From Novakomyces olei (lineage: Eukaryota): a stretch of DNA of 64,000 nt. This document shows, piece by piece, positions 23,777 to 36,200 of the stretch. The notes below the pieces were generated by a model. The model saw only the letters and a program-made list of their open reading frames with translations. It was not told where the DNA came from and ran no database searches. How positions within the stretch are numbered: position 1 is the first letter of the stretch; the number at the start of each line of letters is the position of its first letter. The stretch lies in the NCBI GenBank assembly GCA_016906335.1, contig JADEYG010000001.1:806001-870000 (forward strand), given 5' to 3'. The position numbers and the translations under genes are program-made.

Positions 23777-26488
23777 ATGTTCACTGGATGGCGACAATTA
23801 ACTTTGCTGCTAGTGCTTTTGTTCTCTGCTTCATTTCTAGTTGATGCCGCTGCTGTTACGAGCACACAATCCTCTGACAGCGAGAAGGACCAAACTCTAG
23901 GACTGTTCAAGATTCTCGGCAGCCTTAGTGGACGCGTATCCAGCGAAAGGCATACTTTGCATAAACGACAAAAGGCGGACACTGGGCAATTAAAGTTTCC
24001 ATCAGAAAAAGATACTGCAGCCAATGGATTGCCTTTGCCAGAGACTCCCGCAAAAAGGCGGCCCGGAGCCCCATCCGACTTGGAAGGCACAGAAATCACT
24101 GCGCCTGATTTGCTGTCTGATTCATTGCCTGGATCTAAAGAAAAAGGGACAGACAAGGATAATGGTCAAGCAAAAGTGCCAGAGGCAGTATCACCGGTGC
24201 CCTTTGTTTTACCGGCCATGCTGCCCACACTTTCAAAATCGGTTTTCACAGTGCAAGCAAAGTCCTTCCCTGAGGAATCAATAGCGGAAGCCGAGTTAAG
24301 GCAAAGTCGGCAGGATGAAATCGCAAGCACCTTCCTTAAAAGCTGGAAGGCTTACCACGACAATGCCTGGGGCGAAGATGTGCTCCTGCCCGACATGCGT
24401 AAGGGCATATCGACAATGTCAATGGCACAGACTGTATTTTCTGCTCTAGACACGGCGCTCATAATGGGGTTGGAAGAGCAGTACGCGACGTCCTGGCAAT
24501 ATATCAAGGCAATGGACCTGGACTTGCGGCCCCAAAACGTGGCCCTGGATGTGCCCGAGGTCTTTTCCCAGCTAGTGGCCTCCTTATTATCCTCCCGTGA
24601 TCTGGCATCCCTGTCTCCTCACCACAAAGTCGTAGCAGAACGTGTCCTTGATGCAGCCCTGATACTCTCTGAGCAAACAGAACAGGCTTTTGATCCAGTG
24701 ACTAAAATACCCAGCACTTTACTCGACTTGCGCCGTGCTCGCGGTGCAAGTGCAAGTGGAGTTAAATCTATTACCATTGGTAATGTCGGCCTGACCGCAT
24801 TGGAAATGTTGCAACTGGCTCGGGTTGCTAGTATCGACGCGTACACTGAAATCGCTAGTGGAATGCTTCAGAGTTTGCATGACCTCGGCGTCACTTCAAG
24901 CGAGCCCGGACTGCTACCAGCCGGAGCCTGGATTGGCTGTGCTCTGGCTGCCTCTCAGCAACAGCCAGAGGAGCAGTTACCGTCCCGCCCAAAAGCACCT
25001 ATCCAGCGTGAGTTTGAGTCGAGGCACTTGGTGCTTTCTACAGCGGATCGTATAAAATTGGCTTCACTTTATGACCAATTTGCTCCAAGATTTGAGGAGT
25101 CTCTGGTTCCGCCGCCTCGAAGACGACGACAGCGGCTTCGGTCTAAAGCTGTACGCGGAGAAGTCAAATCTGGCAGCAAAGGAGCAGCAAACAAGATGGC
25201 CCGCAAACAGGGAAGCCTGGCTGGGGACGAAAGATCAGGAGAAGCTGAGGAGGAAGAGGAGGAGGAAGTGCTTGAGGCTCAGCTGTACCGGGACCCAAAA
25301 ATAATAGAGGAAGACAGGCTGATTGATGATTTTGATCTGGGCTCAGTGAATGGCGAGAGCTTACTACTGGAAATGCAGCTGGCCAAACGGAAACAGGAGG
25401 CAGAAGGGCTGCCTGCCTTTGAGCGCGAGTCTATGGAAAAATCAGGTGTTCCTTCGTCCGTGGTGGACAGTATCGATAGGATGTTCACTTACATTCAGTC
25501 GGGAGAAAGACCAAGGCCACGAGTCCCCGAGGGAGCAATGCCAGATATCATTGCGCCGTCAGTTAAACAGGAGGAAGGAGAAGGAGACCAAAAACGTGAC
25601 GGGGAAGGAGATCAGGAGCCAGAGATGCATGAGCGTAGGAAAAGGTCTCAGGCTGATATTGAAGAGGCCCGCCAAAGACAGGAGGACCCGTCGTGTGACC
25701 CTACAAGGCTACGTTCTACTGACGAACTCTTTACACTGGGCTCAAATCTTGCTCAGGTGTATGACACTCTTGTTCAGGCCTATATGCTCTCTGGGGGCGA
25801 GCTTGTACAGGCACGATTATTGTGGAACAAGGCTTCTACTGCCATTCGCGAAAAGCTCTTGTTTACGCCCGCTGTCAATGGGCTGGAGGACACATTACTC
25901 GCTGGCCAGCTACGTCATGATGCTGGTGGCCAGCAATTGGAAGGAGAAGTCTTACAGACTTCTTGTCAGTTGGGTGCATTGTATTCCCTGGCAGGCCGTG
26001 TCTTTAATCGCGAGGCGGATATAGGCACAGCCGAAAAGTTGACTCTGGGCTGTCTGCGTATGGCAGAAAGGTCGGCCACACATTTGCCAGCGGCAGCACA
26101 AAGAGTCGGAGTTTGCCAAAAAGGGCAGCATTGTGCAGAGGAGCCAGTAGTCATGGAGGATTCTTCTTATTTCCTACAGCCAGAGCTGATAAGAAGCGTT
26201 TTCTACCTTTGGAGAATAACCGGCAACCGAGAATGGCAGGCCCGTGGATGGGAGCTGTGGAAGGCGACAGAAAGAGCCTGCAAGGCTCGAAACAGTCCTG
26301 CGTTTGTAGGCATTAAAAATGTAGAAGATCCTGCTTCGGGAGCAAGTGGCGCCAATGCAATGAATCCGGCCTGGCTTTCCGCTACTCTGAAATATTTCTA
26401 CCTACTGTTTAGCGATCCTTCCCTCGTTTCACTCGATGAGTTTGTGTTCAATGCCAAGGGCCATCCTTTCCGTTACCGTGCAGCATGA
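23777..26488 (+). CDS. Secretory-pathway glycoside hydrolase family 47 (class I alpha-1,2-mannosidase) fold protein, probably inactive
   Basis: Signal peptide. SWKAYHDNAWGEDVLLP, ALDTALIMGL, YFLQPELIRSVFYLWRITGN, TLKYFYLLFSDPSLVSLDEFVFN..GHP match the GH47 scaffold, but key acidic residues are substituted. Confidence 0.88.
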   Translation: MFTGWRQLTLLLVLLFSASFLVDAAAVTSTQSSDSEKDQTLGLFKILGSLSGRVSSERHTLHKRQKADTGQLKFPSEKDTAANGLPLPETPAKRRPGAPSDLEGTEITAPDLLSDSLPGSKEKGTDKDNGQAKVPEAVSPVPFVLPAMLPTLSKSVFTVQAKSFPEESIAEAELRQSRQDEIASTFLKSWKAYHDNAWGEDVLLPDMRKGISTMSMAQTVFSALDTALIMGLEEQYATSWQYIKAMDLDLRPQNVALDVPEVFSQLVASLLSSRDLASLSPHHKVVAERVLDAALILSEQTEQAFDPVTKIPSTLLDLRRARGASASGVKSITIGNVGLTALEMLQLARVASIDAYTEIASGMLQSLHDLGVTSSEPGLLPAGAWIGCALAASQQQPEEQLPSRPKAPIQREFESRHLVLSTADRIKLASLYDQFAPRFEESLVPPPRRRRQRLRSKAVRGEVKSGSKGAANKMARKQGSLAGDERSGEAEEEEEEEVLEAQLYRDPKIIEEDRLIDDFDLGSVNGESLLLEMQLAKRKQEAEGLPAFERESMEKSGVPSSVVDSIDRMFTYIQSGERPRPRVPEGAMPDIIAPSVKQEEGEGDQKRDGEGDQEPEMHERRKRSQADIEEARQRQEDPSCDPTRLRSTDELFTLGSNLAQVYDTLVQAYMLSGGELVQARLLWNKASTAIREKLLFTPAVNGLEDTLLAGQLRHDAGGQQLEGEVLQTSCQLGALYSLAGRVFNREADIGTAEKLTLGCLRMAERSATHLPAAAQRVGVCQKGQHCAEEPVVMEDSSYFLQPELIRSVFYLWRITGNREWQARGWELWKATERACKARNSPAFVGIKNVEDPASGASGANAMNPAWLSATLKYFYLLFSDPSLVSLDEFVFNAKGHPFRYRAA

Positions 26489-27060
26489 TATACTCGAATG
26501 ATGCTCACATATGTTTTCTGCATTACCCATTTGAGCGAGAGTTTGTTTTTTTTTCGTTAACATTCGCGTTTCAAGTCTATACCTATTCTAGCTAATTATA
26601 ATGACAAGCACCGACAACCTTGCGTACATATTCTTTCGTCCTGATATATTTCCATGATGCTATTTCATGATATTTGTATCCATTCGTTTACAAAGCAAAT
26701 AGATCTAGTCAAACAGATCTTTTGGCAATAAAGCGATTGCAGAACGGATTGTATCAGAAGCAAATAAATCTATATCTCCTATGCTAATTCAATTATGCAA
26801 AAATGTAGCGTGTAGTAAACGCATACTTTTTGGGCTGTATATTAGCTGAATAATCAAAATGCTTTGCGAGTTTCATGAGACGATTTGCCAATGTTTCATA
26901 TTATACAAGCGTTCAAGGACCACAAGTAGTCATGGTAAGATAAACCTATTCTCAAATATTATGCAATACTACAACACCAATACCTGTCCTCCCGCCCAAT
27001 AGTGCCTGCATGATAAAGTGTCATCCGGAGTAACACTGCTTTAACCCTACGTCCGTTCGC

Positions 27061-27528
27061 TTATAAGAATTTCGACAGGCGCGACAAGTGGTAATTGATC
27101 GTATCGCGCCGCGACGTATTTTTCTTCCAATCAAGTCAGAATAAAGTCACGAAATATAGAATCATGAGACTAAAGAAGAAAAAAAATGAAATAAAAGACA
27201 ATTAAAAGACCGAAAAAAGATGAAGCTGAAAACGCAACGGGCAAGAATGAACTGTATCGGAGCAAAATATCAAAACACGGAAAAGTATTGTTCCAATAAA
27301 AAAAGCCTTTCACAATGGTAAGCATACATTTATCTTGGACATGCACTCTGTCAGCTCTACTGCCTTTTGCGCACATTCAGCAGCGTCTGGCTTATTACCG
27401 TGAGCAGCCCAGCAATTGAGCATAGCCGTGAGCTGCGCTGAGCAAGGCGATCCAGTCCGTGACTTGGTGCGCCGGACCCGTAAACGCGGGAGGCCTTGTA
27501 GTCGAGGGCCGGCCGGAGGCTTCGGCAT
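27061..27528 (-). CDS. MRP10: Mitochondrial ribosomal small-subunit protein mS37 (CHCH domain), 2 exons (27528-27328, 27123-27061)
   Basis: LPRLRVR, PCxxxxxxMLNCW twin-CX9C and C-terminal TINYHLSRL. Intron GTATGC...CTGAC...AAG. Confidence 0.92.
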
Positions 27529-27956
27529 AGTAAAGAATTTGTGAGTGGATTGCTGTGCGTGTATATTATTGTATTTTGTTAAACAATTTCATAAGTTTTT
27601 ACTGCAGATTCAGTGCTTATAGATAATTTCTGGATTCTATTATACTTTGTATTAACGATAAATGTCTCGCAAGATTACTTGAAATAAGTAAATGTATATA
27701 CTACACTCTTTTATTCCATTTCATTTCATTTATTTTATATTTATATTTATGTTTTATTTTTTATGTTAATTGTATTTTTACATTTTTATCTATTTTATAT
27801 GTTTTCATTATTTATTTGTGTATTCTATTTTCTATTCTATTTACTATTCAAAACTTACTAGTGTAATAGAATTGATCAATCGAATACTTCATTTTGCGTA
27901 TAATTTGCTCTACAGCAGCTCGTCGCATTCCACAACTGGTAGAGTAATCAACTCGT

Positions 27957-29782
27957 TTACTGCCCCTCTTTCATAGAGCGTCCAGCCTTTACAATTTCAT
28001 CGATATTACAGAAATTGCTGGCAATCACAGTGCTAGAATGCAGCATATGCCTCACGACGCGGTAATTGTCGTATACACCTTCGATTGTAGGATCAAAAGG
28101 CTCTCCAGACGCTAAGTCAACACCGACAGGTGTCACTGAATCCTCCTCATCCGGAGCAGCTGAATTAGCTGCACTAAACTCATCTTGTAGGGCCACAATA
28201 ACGTCCTGAGTATCATACCCGCCATTCGCAGCCAACGTCTTTGGAATGACTAGGAGGGCATCCGCAAAAGCAATGACACCCATCTTTGCTTTGCCTTTGA
28301 CTGTGCGAAGTACTGCATTTGACTTTAAATACGCAGCACAGCCAATGTGGAAAGAACCAGCACCTGGAACAACTGAACGATCTTCGATTGCGTTTTTAAC
28401 TGCCCGCAATCCGTCACGAACCGCGTCTTCTACCTGCTTAATTGTATGAGCATTCGGCCCCTTTATTAGAATAGTAACGCTCTTTGGATCCTTGACTTCC
28501 TCCACAAATGTATATTTTTCTTCTCCCAATGTTTCCTCATATACTAATCCCGCATATCCCAGCACTTCAGGCGAAAGATCCTCTACTGAATTCTGGGCGA
28601 CACCGCCACAAACGAGCTGAAGACGTTCCATATTGCGACGCTTTGCGCGTCGCAATGCGAGAATCCCGTTTTTGGCCAAAACGTCGAGCGAAAGTGGATC
28701 AATGCCCTTTTGATTTATGATAACGAAGCCCTTTGATGAGTCCGTACATACTTGGTTCTTCAAATCGACGATTTTCTTAAGCTTCTCATCAATAAACCTG
28801 CGTTCGCTTTCTACCAGCTTTTCACGTTGATCGGCAGTAGAGTAGAAGAAACCTGAATTCACCTCTGTTTTTTCGTACTCGAGTGAGACATTAAGGGTAA
28901 GAATATACGCATTCTTAACGCTACGAGGCATATCCGGGTGCCTGGCACCGTGATCAAGAGCAAGACCACGGATGAGCTTTGTATCAGTTGCGAATCGGTG
29001 CTGCATTTTCATAATCTCCACCATGAACAGGTCGATCGGCTCGCCGGGTTGTTGGATGGCTAATACCGCGTCTGTTATTGCTGGTGCTAGCGACGCAACT
29101 ATAGAAGGGTGAATTTTGGTTCCGAGTGAAGCTTTAGCCACGGATAGTAGGGTAGATCTGTCGCTGGGGTCAATGGCGACTTTGAATTTTTCCAAGTACT
29201 GACTATTAGATTTTGGTCAAACCTCAAACATAATAGGAAAAAAGAGAAAAAAATCAATAAAGCAAATAGAAATAGGAGGAGGCTATTAGAATTAAAAATA
29301 TTAAAAAGAAACGGAGGGTAAAGACTCTACCTGAAGAGATTCGCGCTTAGCTAGCTCAAAGCCTTCCGTTATTAGAGAAGGATGAAGTCCCTCTTGGATG
29401 TAGCGATCGGCAAGCTTTAACATTTCACCGACCAAAAGGCAAACTGAAGTAGTGCCGTCACCGGTAACATCGTCCTGCGCAGTAGCGGCTTTCGCGATAC
29501 AAGACGCAGTTGGGTTCTGAATCTGCATTTCATTGAGCAGGACTCGCCCGTCCTTTGTAAGCTTTATCTGGCCTCCTCCATCAACAAGCCTTCACGTTAG
29601 CAGACATAAAGCAGGAAAAAAGAACGTGAAAAAAAAAGAATAAGCTTGTACATTTTGATGGTGCCTTTGGGGCCAAGATTGCTCTTGAGCACATCCTGAA
29701 GACCAATGGCCGCAGTTATATTGACCTGAAGAGCCTGTGCGCGGCGCACGCTCTCCGCCTTGGGATTGAGCAGCGAGTACAT
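27957..29782 (-). CDS. CCT6: Chaperonin CCT/TRiC subunit zeta, 3 exons (29782-29652, 29589-29331, 29198-27957)
   Basis: [65 protein letters not shown]. Confidence 0.97.
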
Positions 29783-31617
29783 GACAAAGCTAGTGGTAAT
29801 TTGCGCGTAGCAATTTTTGGACTACGCAACGGTAAACTACCAGTGAGTTATCTAGCTATATAATCTTATTACGAGATTAAGATAATGTACAGACGTGGAT
29901 AGGATAGCAGACTAGAGAAATACGTATAAAAATATATTCATTTATAAATAAAATTATAATATATTTATTATCGTCTGCCATTAAGCCTTGGACGTGTGGT
30001 GCCGTAGGCTTAGAGTGCCGTTCATTAAATGGTGCCCCGATTGTGTATGAGCAACGCATACATTTTGGATGAATCGTGAAGTCAAGAGCAGATAGACTTT
30101 GTAGTCTAGGCCGACAAGCCTACATTAATGCTTATCATTAATTAATGCGTACCATTACTGAACAGTCTCATAATTAATGTTGTGCGGGCGACGCGCGGAT
30201 GGGATGACAAACTAACGGCTGAGCGTGGTGGCTCTTTCTATTTTCGGACCTGCCTTCACCCACTAATTACTTGTGATTTGTTTTCTTCCGTAGAGCATTA
30301 ATTTCTACTCGGCGCATCTCAGAGCACTGAGCGCGTCTAAATCTATATCACAATTGCCGAAGGTGCCATCGTCCCATCCTTCGTCCAAATGTCGCGCATT
30401 AAATTTGCTTTATATTAAATATATCCGAGTGGACAGACGAATCGAGCGTTACACTTTGACCACCCACTTGAAATAAACTACATTATGATCAGTATTCTGC
30501 GAAAAGTCTACACATCCTCAATGCCACATATACAGTGCGTATTCCATTACTTACACATGAGTGGCCGTATATCTCATGCGAGCAAAACTAGCTTTGAATT
30601 ACTTGTAAATCGATCATTACTTACGCCATAATAACTCCTGTCACGCGTCTTTTTGTGCACCAAATATGGCTAATCAGCGAGCGCCAGAGCCTGCTTCGGC
30701 CTTTCGCTCCGAACCTGCACATCAAAATCCGCCGCCTTTACTCTTATCAAATCGGCAAGGTGGCCACCTTGACACGGGTACAGGTGGTAGTGCTGTTAAC
30801 GATGGACGCCCGCCTTCTAATGAACTGTAACCCTCCCCTTCTATTTTTTTCCCTTTGTTTTCCCCTCTTTTTTGAATCAAAATCAGAGCTTGGCGAGTGG
30901 GTATACCCGGCGTAAAGTGCTATTTAAAACAGGCATACCCGGTTCCCTCTATAATTCATGGGGAAACGGGTTGAAAGTTGGCTATTCAGTACGCATAATT
31001 CCACGCCTGAGAATGCTTTGTGGACTGTTTGATTCGTGGCGATCATGGCACGCTTTCATAGACAGTGTGCTCAGTGCTCAGCGCCGCTATTCTCGTCTGA
31101 CGTTTGTACTTTTTCTGAAAATTGATCTGTCGCCTGGGTTTATACGTTTTCGAGGCCAAGGAAATATATTGGCTAAGCTTGCCATTCTTGATCTTGTCCG
31201 AAAATTTTGGATGCAGAGATGACTACATGCGCAATTTATTATATTCTAATGCTACCTGCTTCTTTATAGCCCTGCTAGCAACTGAGATCATGGATACCAA
31301 TACGTTTATCGCTGTCTTGCTCCTTGATTTTTTTCTTTGGCCTGCGTCTAGGATTGCCGCTGGCCTAGTCACTTGTCCTAAACACTTCTCCCTATTTTGC
31401 CAATTGAAAAAAAGAAGAAAACATGTTTGCATTCTATTTGATGTGGCTGTATTGGATGCGAATTATCGTTCAACATGCCTCTTATTCTGCTTTCCAATAT
31501 TGATATACCCTCTACGCTATAAACTGTCTTTTTCGTCCTGGTCGCTCCTGAAAACGCTTGCTTTACTTATTATTACTATTAAATTTCTTTATAGCAGCAT
31601 ATAACTAATTCGAACAG

Positions 31618-34600
31618 TAAGACCGGTCTCGGCGGTATACCAGACTACGGTCCGGTAGATCAACAAACCCTGTTGGCCCAAGCTCGACAGGTATTAGGAC
31701 AGAATGCGTCTCCTACACAAGTCAACTCCTTGTATCACGTATGTGAGAAACCAACAATTCTCCTTCATTCATGTTTATCATAACTTTATTGTCTTTTTTG
31801 TCTCGTGAAACATAATGTGCTATACAATATTCTTTCTTTTTTGTTTGCCTTTTTCCTTTTTCCTTTTTCCTTTCTCAATCTTTTATTTAATATTCATATT
31901 TCCCAATCGTTTCCCCACTTTCAACGTCTTCTAATTGCTAGAAATTTTTACATCAACGGCAAATAGCGTCAAGGCAGCAACAGCAACAGCAACAGCCACA
32001 GCCACAGCCACAGCCACAGCCACAGCCACAGCCACAGCCACAGCCACAGCCACAGCCACAGCCACAGCCACAGCCACAGCCACAGCCACAGCCACAGCCA
32101 CAGCAGCAATTCACACCAGGGTTAGCGCCTAGAGCTGCTACTACTCATTTACCTATACGTCGGCCGGACACTCCAGGAGGAGTGGGTCGGCCTGTAAGAC
32201 CAGCCAAACCGTCGCCCAAGCCTCATGGAGTCCGAGGGCGGCCTCCATTAGCTCGGTCTCGTCTGGCAGCAGCAGCAGCAGCAGCAGCAGCGACTGCTGC
32301 TGCTAATGGCGGCAGTGGCAGTAATATAAGCTTTGCGCCTGTTACAAACGCGAACCCGACTTCCTCGTCTCCCCGTCCACCAAACTTGCCTGCTTCTTCG
32401 CCTACGTCTCTGGCAAAATCGTCTCAGCCGCAAAGGCCTTCACTGCAGACTCCGTCGCCTATTCGTGATGGCAGTGGGCCAGTGCAGAATGCAGCTACGA
32501 CTGCTCTGGCAGCAAGCCTGGGCCTTCCGCCTCAAGCCAACTTGCAAGGGTTTATGCGCCATTTATTCGAGTTTATGCACAGGACAGGCCGACCTCTGAA
32601 TGGTGTACCAGGCCTCAGATTACCGGATGGATCTCTTGCCAACATCAACTACATGCTGCTTTTTTACCTCGTTATTAAATCAGGGACCTCACGTAAACTC
32701 GTGGCCCCCTCGCAGTGGGCTTTTATGGCTCAGCAGCTGGGACTGCTACCGGCAGACAGTCCGGGAGAGTTCCGTGATGCCATTGGCAGCCAGTTGCAAA
32801 TGATCTATGGCAGTGTACTCGGGCTGTATGAGGAACGGTACCTTGTCATGCAGGCGCAGAAAAAGGGAGCAGTGCCTGCTACGGCAGTACAGACGCCTCC
32901 TTCTGCTCCGACCCATGGATCTTTGCCCCGGTTCCCTTCACAGCCTCAATTATCGCAATTTCAGCCAGCTCAACCGCCTTTTGCTTCGCAGTTTACAACT
33001 GAGCAGTACAGTGACCAGTATGGCGATTACACAGGCAATGCAAATTTAAATCAAAATCAAACAGCAAATACAAATACAAATTTGAATCAAAATTTGAATC
33101 AAAATTTGAATCAAAATCAAAATCTGAATCAAAATCCGAATCCGAATATTAATGGATCCTCAAACATGCGAGTGCAGCATCCTAATGTGACGGTACAGCC
33201 GCCTCAACGGAATCAGCCAAAGCAGACTCCGATTAAACGGCCTCAGACGTCGAACGCGTCTTCGCTTACGGCAGAAGGTGGACCTACTGCGTCCAGACGA
33301 CTGGCAATTTCGCAATCGCCCGGGTATAAAGGACCCGCTGGTATGAATGGCTCTTCTTTCTACTCCCGTACCAGCTCTTCTCCTCCGCAGACAGCTCCCG
33401 CTGCACTTGGTCCTCCAGTAGAGCAAAGAGAATTTGCACAGTCCTCTCCTCCTCTGGCAACCCACCCTCTTTCCTCTAGCAATAGCGCCTTTGCCCACCC
33501 CGGCAGCATTAACGGAGGCCATGCCACTTTTGTACGAGGCCCCGCTGCGGCCTGGTCAACTCAGGCAAGAAGGCAATCAGACTCACTGCCAAAATCGGGC
33601 AGCGCAGAAGAAGGCTCAGAGCAGGCGAACGAGTATAGACCGCTGAAACGCAAACTCGAGTCCACTTTTGGAGGGTACGACATAGAAACCCTAACCCTAA
33701 TGGGCCAGCAGGTGTCTACACTGCGCCCACGTATCCCACGCGTACATGAAATGGGGAATATAAGCGTGTTTGCACTGACGCGCAGTCTCGAGAGTGGATT
33801 GACACTCGAAGTCAATTACGCAATCGAAGCCCTGTCAAACATGGCGGCCTCCTCCTCTCCGGGTCTAGGCTCTTTTAGCCTGGAGGACTGTGACGATTTG
33901 TTACAGACCATTGTAGAGCTTATGTATGACGAGCTGAGCATTGTGCTGGGTGTGCCCTCGGCTCTGCTCTCGGACGAGGCGGAGACGGGGCAACTGTACA
34001 GTGCAGTTCTCGGGCAAAAGAGGAGGGACACAAGAGGCAGCTCGGACGGCAATTTAAGTGCCGACAGCAGCAGCAGCAGCAATAGTAGTAATAACGCTGA
34101 CGACACTGACTTTACCACCTTTTGCCATTACGAGCAGCTCAAAGACCTTTGCAGAATGGAGACTCGCGGAGCGAACGGCAGTGGGGTATCTGCCAGTACC
34201 GCGTCTCACGGTGCGAGTGCTCGACGTGAATTGGCAGCAGAAAGAATCACAGTACTGGCAACAACTCTGTCAAATTTTGCCTTTCGAGAGGCCAACCAGT
34301 TTACAATGTTACGGGACGGCAGTGTCGTCCCGCTCGTGTTTGATATAGTGAAAACTCTGAGCATATGCCGTGCCTACAGTGCCGCTCATAATTGCTCTCT
34401 GCTCGGCCGATACCAGCGGGAACTGGACTTGGCCAAGGACGTGATGACTCTGCTTTCACAGATCGCTTACGACACTCAGCCGCCGAGTACAATTGCGGCC
34501 CTTAGATTACTACGGTTCCTGCTCATGTTCTCTCCGGCTCGGGAAAAGTCGGACCTTTCTGCTCTCCAGGGCACCCGCAAAAACGGGCCTGTCGCTGCCC

Positions 34601-35376
34601 GTCTCGCAGGCTTTCCCGTCTACTCTGCAGCCGCAGCTCCGTATGCGCCTGTAACGGTAGACGTGCTGGCTAAACTGCTGGCACAGTACGATAGCACGCA
34701 CGCTTGCTTACGCTCAGTGCTAAGCAATGGTACAGAGGCAAGTGCACAGCTGCTTACTGACCTTTTCGCCATGGCCGTTTCGCTTCTGCCGTTGCAGGAT
34801 ACTGCGGCACCAGAAGCAGCTCAATTACCAGCGCTTTGTGAGGTAAGACTGGCCATGATTGAACAAGCTTTGTTGGCAGCTCAAGTGCTGAGTGAAGAGT
34901 TCAATAAACAGGCCTGGCTGGCAGCTGCCTGGCTCAGGTCCGGCCAAGGCTTTGCTGGAGAAATGGTCCGCTTCATCTCCGTCCTGAGCCAGTGCTCTGT
35001 GGGGGAAAGACTCAGGCAGCACGCTCTTAACAAACGGTGGGACCTTTTCAGTAACGTTACAAGACGCGGCGCCAGTGTCGTATCTGCCCTGTTTGAAACT
35101 GCCCAGAACTTTAGGTCAATACTGCCGCCGTCTGCCGTTCCTGTCGTCAACAATGGTACAAACACTGGTACGAGTACTAGTACCAGCATTAATGCTAGCA
35201 CTAATACTGGCGCAGACTCGGACTCTGCAGTTTCAGAGGCAGAGAGGCTGCAACAGGCTTTGGCAGCCTCAGCTCGATGTGGAATGGTACGCACAGGCCA
35301 GGCTATCGGCGCGCTCATGACGCATATGCTAGAGCCCTGGGTGGTAAGGGCAGTAGACAGTCTTGTCTCTGCCTAA
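31618..35376 (+). CDS. SWI/SNF ARID-domain subunit (Swi1/Sol1-like). Exons 31618-31738 and 31942-35376; first exon uncertain (candidate ATG 31290-31303)
   Basis: ARID-like segment FMRHLFEFMHRTGRPL...INYMLLFYLVIKSG...W...A...YGSVLGLYE; Swi1 C-terminal motif MGNISVFALTRSLESGLTLEVNYAIEAL. Intron 31739-31941 extends the ORF in frame through a QP repeat. Confidence 0.82.
31993..32100 (+). repeat. (CAGCCA)18 coding hexanucleotide repeat (Gln-Pro)
   Basis: Read directly; in frame with the ARID gene after splicing. Confidence 0.95.
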
Positions 35377-35853
35377 ATGTATATAATGTAGAGAATATGT
35401 GAGATAGAAATGTATATTGCGGTTTTTATTGTGTGGCCATTTGCATTGATGGGTAAGAGGTACAGATACTAGTCCGCAACATTCGCTATAGTTATGGAGT
35501 TGCTATTGGTCAAATTGAATAGCTTATTTCAACGAATGATCCCTTGGCCATTCATGATTACAATAAATACAAAATTTACAAAAGCCATCAAGCAGGAGGC
35601 GTATAGCCCTGTCTTGATCAAAATTTATACACTTTGGCGATGTAAAATGAATTATTCGTTTGCCTTTGCGTTGGCGACTCGTATCGCTACTAGTCCGTTC
35701 TCGACCGGCGCCTGTTCCGATGAGGATAACGGTTCGGGTGCAGACGACTCAAGTTATACTACACTTGACGCAATAATCACAGGCCAGTTTTGATAAATGA
35801 TTATTTTGTCAATTAATTTATTTCTTTTTAATTATTAATAGTTCGTGATTATT

Positions 35854-36200
35854 TTAAAATCCCTTTGCAGCGAGCCAGGCCTTCACGGGCCCCATCACAT
35901 GACCTTTGAGGACAACTTGATTTGTGACTGGATTCACGTAGCCCTCAACCTCACAATCATTACGAATAGTATCAAGCAATGCCTTTAAGCTTAGCAGACA
36001 ATAGTCAAACGAGATCAAAATTATACCTGAGCGCTGCCGTCAATGCGCCGGATAATCGTCTGGCGCCGAGTGCCTCCGCTTTTGATTTCACTGTAAACCG
36101 GTAAATGATTTGACTGCGACCGTGAAACGAAAAACTTGTACTGCACAGAGCCTGAAACAGCCTCGGTGGAGATTTGCCGTAAAAAAGTGCGTGAAGCCAT
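35854..36200 (-). CDS. IMG2: Mitochondrial ribosomal large-subunit protein mL49, 100 aa, 2 exons (36200-36027, 35982-35854); absent from the ORF track
   Basis: MASRTFLRQIS...FFVSRSQSNHLPVYSEIKSGGTRRQTIIRRIDGSAQ|ALLDTI...VNPVTNQVVLKGHVMGPVKAWLAAKGF* has the L49/Img2 motifs (LPVY, TxIRxIxG, KG...WL..KGF). Confidence 0.92.

Noticed and set aside
27957-29782. Possible alternative CUG codon usage
   Set aside because: CTG occurs at conserved Leu positions (e.g. IDLFMVEIM in CCT6), so the standard code fits.
31122-31604. 160-aa hydrophobic ORF upstream of the Swi1-like gene
   Set aside because: T-rich intron/UTR-like sequence with a TTG start; it overlaps the inferred first intron of the ARID gene.
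31935-32132. ORF encoding poly(Ala-Thr)
   Set aside because: Wrong frame of the (CAGCCA)n repeat; the spliced Swi1-like frame reads QP.
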